Below are positions 35,034 through 39,253 of a stretch of DNA of 39,253 nucleotides, in pieces; position 1 is the stretch's first letter, and every line of letters begins with the position of its first letter. A program made the position numbers and the translations under genes. The notes under the pieces were generated by a model. It saw only the letters and a list, made by a program, of their open reading frames with translations, was not told where the DNA came from and ran no database searches. Source of the DNA: Oligoflexia bacterium (GTDB lineage: Bacteria; Bdellovibrionota; Bdellovibrionia; JABDDW01); the NCBI GenBank assembly GCA_043732305.1, contig JAYTHU010000051.1, forward strand, positions 1 through 39,253, in the 5' to 3' direction.

Positions 35034-36969
35034 TCTTGTGATTCACCCATTCAAAATCAATTTGTCGAGCGTTGTAGTCCGCTCGCACGACCTTCACGTC
35101 AATAACGTCGCCTAAGCTGATCACAGTTTTGGTCTTTTTTCCAATAAGCTTTTGGGACGTTTCGTTGTATGAAAAATAGTCAAAATCGAGACTGTTCACG
35201 CTTACCAGGCCGTCAACGTCATATTCTCGCAATTGCACAAAGAATCCGAACTTATGAACACCGGTGACAATTCCCTGAAATGTCTGGCCGACACGTTTTT
35301 CCATAAATCGCGCACGCTTCACGCTCAATAAATCGCGCTCGGCCTGAGTTGCTCTCTGCTCCGTAGACGAGAGATAAACTCCCATTTCCGTCATGCGTGC
35401 GGTTTCTTCTTCCTTTTGATCAGCAGTGAGCTTTTCACCTTTTAGAATTCTTTTGAGAGTTCGATGCACCACCAAATCGGGATAGCGTCTGATCGGCGAA
35501 GTGAAATGCGTGTAATGATTAAAAGCCAATCCAAAGTGGCCTTTATTTTCCTGATGATACTGGGCTTGTTTCATGGATCTCAAAGTGAGAATGCTCAAAA
35601 TAATTTCCATGGGCTGACCTTTGACGGCAGCAAGCATTTTCATAAGATTTTTTTGAATGTTTCCAATGCTCAATCGGGCTTTGATTCCCCAGTTGTGTGC
35701 GATGACTTCCAGATTTTTTAATGCGTCAGGGAATGGATCATCATGGACGCGGTACAGAGATGGAAATCCTTTTTCTGAAATAAATCGGGCAACAGTGACG
35801 TTGGCCAGCAACATCATTTCTTCAATCAATTTATGAGCGAAGATTCTTTCTTGGCGTAAAACATCAGTGGGTTCGCCTTGAGCGTTCATGACAAGTTGTG
35901 ATTCCGGAATTTCTAAATCGAGACTGCCTTCTTCAAAACGTTTCTTCATTAAAATTTGCGCGATGTCGCGCATGAGGAAAACATTTTCTTTCACGTCTTT
36001 AAATTTCTCAATTTCTTGACCATCAATGATTTCTTGGACTTCGCCGTAGATCATTCGATGATGACTCATAAAGACCGCATCAAAAATTTCGGAGTTGGTC
36101 ACATGCCCGCTGTGGTCTAAATCCATTTGTGCGACCATCGCTAAGCGAGGCAAGTGTGGATTCAAGGAACAAAGACCGTTACTTAATTTTTCCGGCAGCA
36201 TGGGAACAACCATGTCGGGAAAATAAACGCTTGTGCCACGCAGGTAGGCGTCTTGATCGAGTGCTGAATGTTCTTTAACGTAATGACTCACGTCTGCAAT
36301 CGCCACCCAAACTTTAAAGCCGGATGAAGTTTTCTCCGCGTAAACGGCATCATCAAAATCGCGAGCCGTCGAGCCGTCGATTGTGACGAATTTTTTCTCG
36401 CGTAAATCTCTGCGCCCGCGCCAATCATTTTCGGTGACTTCTTCAGGGATGCGTTTGACTTGTTCTAAAGTTTGTTTTGAGAATTCATAAGGGATGTGTT
36501 TTTCAAAAATTATTTTTTTTGTATCAATCTTGGGATCTCCAGACTCGCCTAAAATTTCTTTTACTTCGGCAACAAAACCACCCTTTTCGCCAGGGAAACT
36601 CAAGATGTGCATGTAAACCATGTCATTATCTTTAGCGCCTAAAGTGCTACCTTCTTTGATTAGAAGATTTTCACCCCAAGCTTTAGATTCATCAACGACT
36701 ACGCCACCTCCACCAACGGGTGAGGTTCTAAATCGACCAACAGTAGAAGCATGTGCTCGATTCACAACACGTGTGACTTCGCCGGAAAATCTTCCGTCGC
36801 GCTCGGTCTGACGATTCACTTCAACAGTATCATCTGTCATGATGCCAGTCATTGTGTGACGGGGTAGATAAATGTCTTCTAGTTCAGGGTCGTTGGGGAT
36901 CAGGAATCCAAATCCATCTGGGTTGCGTTTGACTCTTCCGATAACTTTAACAAGGTGCTTATTGCTCAT
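34864..36969 (-). CDS. rnr: Ribonuclease R
   Basis: GFGF cold-shock domain, TIDGSTARDFDDA, HFTSPIRRYPDL, S1 domain and basic C-terminal tail. Confidence 0.96.
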   Translation of the reverse strand: MSNKHLVKVIGRVKRNPDGFGFLIPNDPELEDIYLPRHTMTGIMTDDTVEVNRQTERDGRFSGEVTRVVNRAHASTVGRFRTSPVGGGGVVVDESKAWGENLLIKEGSTLGAKDNDMVYMHILSFPGEKGGFVAEVKEILGESGDPKIDTKKIIFEKHIPYEFSKQTLEQVKRIPEEVTENDWRGRRDLREKKFVTIDGSTARDFDDAVYAEKTSSGFKVWVAIADVSHYVKEHSALDQDAYLRGTSVYFPDMVVPMLPEKLSNGLCSLNPHLPRLAMVAQMDLDHSGHVTNSEIFDAVFMSHHRMIYGEVQEIIDGQEIEKFKDVKENVFLMRDIAQILMKKRFEEGSLDLEIPESQLVMNAQGEPTDVLRQERIFAHKLIEEMMLLANVTVARFISEKGFPSLYRVHDDPFPDALKNLEVIAHNWGIKARLSIGNIQKNLMKMLAAVKGQPMEIILSILTLRSMKQAQYHQENKGHFGLAFNHYTHFTSPIRRYPDLVVHRTLKRILKGEKLTADQKEEETARMTEMGVYLSSTEQRATQAERDLLSVKRARFMEKRVGQTFQGIVTGVHKFGFFVQLREYDVDGLVSVNSLDFDYFSYNETSQKLIGKKTKTVISLGDVIDVKVVRADYNARQIDFEWVNHKNASTDSEKRGKTATNSERVRETRVPQRPGKGNAGAVHPKKNSKNRRARKAKRGREG

Positions 36970-37029
36970 CTCATGAGCCTATGATAACTCAAGGATATTG
37001 TCTAGTTGGCATTCCAAGCGAGGTAAGAA

Positions 37030-37440
37030 ATGCAGTATTGGATTTTAAAATCTGAGCCCAATGTTTATTCGTTCGACGATCTCGTTTTCGACAAAAAAAC
37101 GGTATGGGATGGAATCCGAAATTATCTGGCGCGCAATAACTTGCGTGCGATGAAGGTCGGGGATCTCGCTTTTTTTTACCACAGTAATGTTGGGAAAGAG
37201 ATCGTGGGAATCACCAAGATCGTGAAGGGTGCTTATAAAGACCCCAAGAGTGAAGAGGATTGGTCCGCGGTAGATTTAGCGCCGGTCGAAAAACTTAAGC
37301 GACCTGTGACACTTGTTGAAATGAAAAAAGATAAAATCCTAAAGAATATAAGTTTAGTGAAAATGTCTCGGCTTTCTGTTTGTTCGATCACAGAAAAGGA
37401 CTACAACCGGATTATCGTCGTCTCAAAGATCTTGATTTAA
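37030..37440 (+). CDS. EVE-domain protein
   Basis: YWILKSEP, WDGIRNYLARN, FFYHS, RLSV. Confidence 0.95.
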   Translation: MQYWILKSEPNVYSFDDLVFDKKTVWDGIRNYLARNNLRAMKVGDLAFFYHSNVGKEIVGITKIVKGAYKDPKSEEDWSAVDLAPVEKLKRPVTLVEMKKDKILKNISLVKMSRLSVCSITEKDYNRIIVVSKILI

Positions 37441-39013
37441 CTTTACCTGCTTTTTTAGTAGACGGCTGAACCGCAGTGTGGGGAAAGATTTTAGAAATTT
37501 CTTCTGCACTCGTCAGTTTGTAAGCTTGAGGAAGTTCGGCAAATTCTTTCACCAAATCAGCTTCGGTTCGCTGACTGCAAATTCCTGAAGTCATTGGGCC
37601 AAGCCACCCAGGATGAATGGCCGTGAGGCTGATCGCATTTTTGATCTCTATTTCTTTAGCCATTCTACAAGTGAGATCGAGCTGTTCTATGTAATCGGCA
37701 GGGTTCACCGCGCTGGTCATTGCTTCGATCGAAATTAAACGCGCTGGAAGATTTCGAACTATATTTTTGCTCGTTGATTTTCCACGTTTGTTTTTGGAAG
37801 TCGCATGCGAAATTTTTGGAAGTTGCGCCTGCGGATCAATGTTTGCGAGCATCACATCTTGTTCATCATTGCGAGCGACTCGAATTTCAAAATGAAGGTG
37901 AGCTCCAGCCACGCAGCCTACTTTGCCATGAGCTAGATTCATGTGGTAACCGGTTGCTCCAGAATATCCAATCACATCGCCGGCATTGACGTTTTGTCCA
38001 ACGACAGATTTGCCGAACGACTTAAGATGTTTGTAGCTCGCATAAACAAAGCGCGGACTTCCAGGAATTTGATGTTGAACTACGAGAGTGTTTCCGGGGC
38101 AACCGAGATCTCCAAATGAAAATATTTTTCCCGAGTAAATTGCAACTACGGGTGTACCTTCAGGAATATCTAGATCTGTACCAATGTGTAAATTCCAAAT
38201 TCTCCAAAGGTCGTTCGTAGTTGACGGTCTAAAAACTCTCATTGATTTATTACCGACGATTATTTTTCCATCGGAGCCAAAACCTAAAGGACCGGTCGCA
38301 GTTTTAAAATCGATCAGTTCGCGGGATGCACCCAAACTGTTTAGAAGCCTTCCGCCGAAACCATGTCCACGAAGTGGTTTCAATGGATTTGCAGGTTTGT
38401 AATTATCTGCAACGGGCATGCGAAAGAAAAATTTCGCGGGAGCTTCTGGATTGACAGGACTCATTTGGGAGACGTCGCCGTCTTCTTCATCTTCCATTCG
38501 GATATTGGGATGTTTGACGTCAGCCGCCGTAGGCGGTTTCAGTGGGGTTAGGCTGTTAGTCACGGCTTCGATGATGGGGTCGACACTTGCCACTCCGCAA
38601 CTGTCCGGCTCTTTTTTAAGAATAACTAAAAAATGCCCATTCCCATTTGCGATTTCAATATGGATAGCTTCAGCAATGGAATTCTCATCCATAATATTTA
38701 GCGAAGCTATTTCGGGCCCGAGAAAATTCTGACCCAAGATCAAAAGATTGGAATAAGAAGTCGATTTTGATTTCGCGATTGTCTTAATATTTTCATAGGA
38801 ATTCCTATCGAATGAAGTCGAAGGACTTTCGAAGATCTGAATGAGCGTTTCTTCCGAGCTTGGGCCATATTCAAAGCTTGTCAGACGCACCCTCACCTGT
38901 GAAGTTGCCTGCAGGCACACAGATGCGACCGCGAGTGCCGAGCTTTGTGCCAAAGCCAAGGTTGATGCGACAGGGATAACTAAGAGTGTGAGGATTGCAA
39001 AAGCTTTTTTCAT
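37412..39013 (-). CDS. Secreted M23-family metallopeptidase with uncharacterised N-terminal domain
   Basis: Signal peptide (ALA); HIGTDL (HxxxD), YKHL, IGYSGATG, GAHLHFEIR (HxH); GGAGAG RBS before ATG 39013. Confidence 0.9.
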   Translation of the reverse strand: MKKAFAILTLLVIPVASTLALAQSSALAVASVCLQATSQVRVRLTSFEYGPSSEETLIQIFESPSTSFDRNSYENIKTIAKSKSTSYSNLLILGQNFLGPEIASLNIMDENSIAEAIHIEIANGNGHFLVILKKEPDSCGVASVDPIIEAVTNSLTPLKPPTAADVKHPNIRMEDEEDGDVSQMSPVNPEAPAKFFFRMPVADNYKPANPLKPLRGHGFGGRLLNSLGASRELIDFKTATGPLGFGSDGKIIVGNKSMRVFRPSTTNDLWRIWNLHIGTDLDIPEGTPVVAIYSGKIFSFGDLGCPGNTLVVQHQIPGSPRFVYASYKHLKSFGKSVVGQNVNAGDVIGYSGATGYHMNLAHGKVGCVAGAHLHFEIRVARNDEQDVMLANIDPQAQLPKISHATSKNKRGKSTSKNIVRNLPARLISIEAMTSAVNPADYIEQLDLTCRMAKEIEIKNAISLTAIHPGWLGPMTSGICSQRTEADLVKEFAELPQAYKLTSAEEISKIFPHTAVQPSTKKAGKVKSRSLRRR

Positions 39014-39044
39014 TATCTCTCCGATTGTTTGCAAGAGATTACAC

Positions 39045-39060
39045 TTCAATCCTTATGCCA
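39045..39060 (-). promoter_or_regulatory. Sigma54-like promoter candidate for the M23 gene
   Basis: Minus strand TGGCATAAGGATTGAA = GG-N10-GA (variant -12 box), about 30 nt upstream of the ATG. Confidence 0.45.
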
Positions 39061-39253
39061 TGGACATCCGGCACGGTCTCATAATATATGGTTTTTGGTC
39101 ACAAGCGTTCTGAACAAAGTTTAGACAAGGTGACGGCGTAGAGCGGGCTAAACTTCGAATTGAATCACGATAGATGTTACCGAAATCGAGCTCAGAAATG
39201 GCTCAATGGTGTCAAAAACTTGAGTTGACGCTTTGGTGGGCCATGATCCCACA

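Noticed and set aside
1..39253. CRISPR arrays, rRNA, IS elements and the many short antisense ORFs in the track
   Set aside because: No regularly spaced repeats, rRNA-like sequence or transposase motifs were seen; the short ORFs lie antisense to or within well-supported genes.

Overview
The window looks like chromosome from a Bdellovibrionota-like (predatory, diderm) bacterium. This is inferred from gene content: a maf-yggS-proC-divIVA block divergent from a tadC/DUF192/FHA-TPR block, short tandem flagellins and many secreted orphan proteins. Bases 1 to about 6190 are the right end of an integrative conjugative element: a TraB/VirB10-like C-terminus, TraD/VirD4-like coupling ATPase, TraV-like glycine-zipper lipoprotein, MOB_C-type (PD-(D/E)xK) relaxase, a ~110-nt rod-like hairpin, RHH-like and XRE-HTH regulators, a small ORF and a large serine recombinase. 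The recombinase reading frame passes an internal slippery-site/terminator-like hairpin and then runs antisense through a complete tRNA-Arg(ACG), the probable integration target. The rest is host backbone: uppP, OM beta-barrels, lipoproteins, a Tad/Kil-like FHA operon ending in a PP2C-fold pseudophosphatase, maf, yggS, proC, divIVA, an MFS pump, an HD hydrolase, thyA-folA, a GNAT, a signal-peptide-bearing divergent SelO-family protein, two sigma28-type flagellin genes with multi-hairpin CsrA-like leaders, prfC, an ABC1/UbiB kinase, rnr, an EVE protein and a secreted M23 peptidase. Two small ORFs missing from the ORF track were found (36-aa very basic; 32-aa hydrophobic). No CRISPR array or rRNA was seen. 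All family calls come from motif recognition by eye, not database searches.
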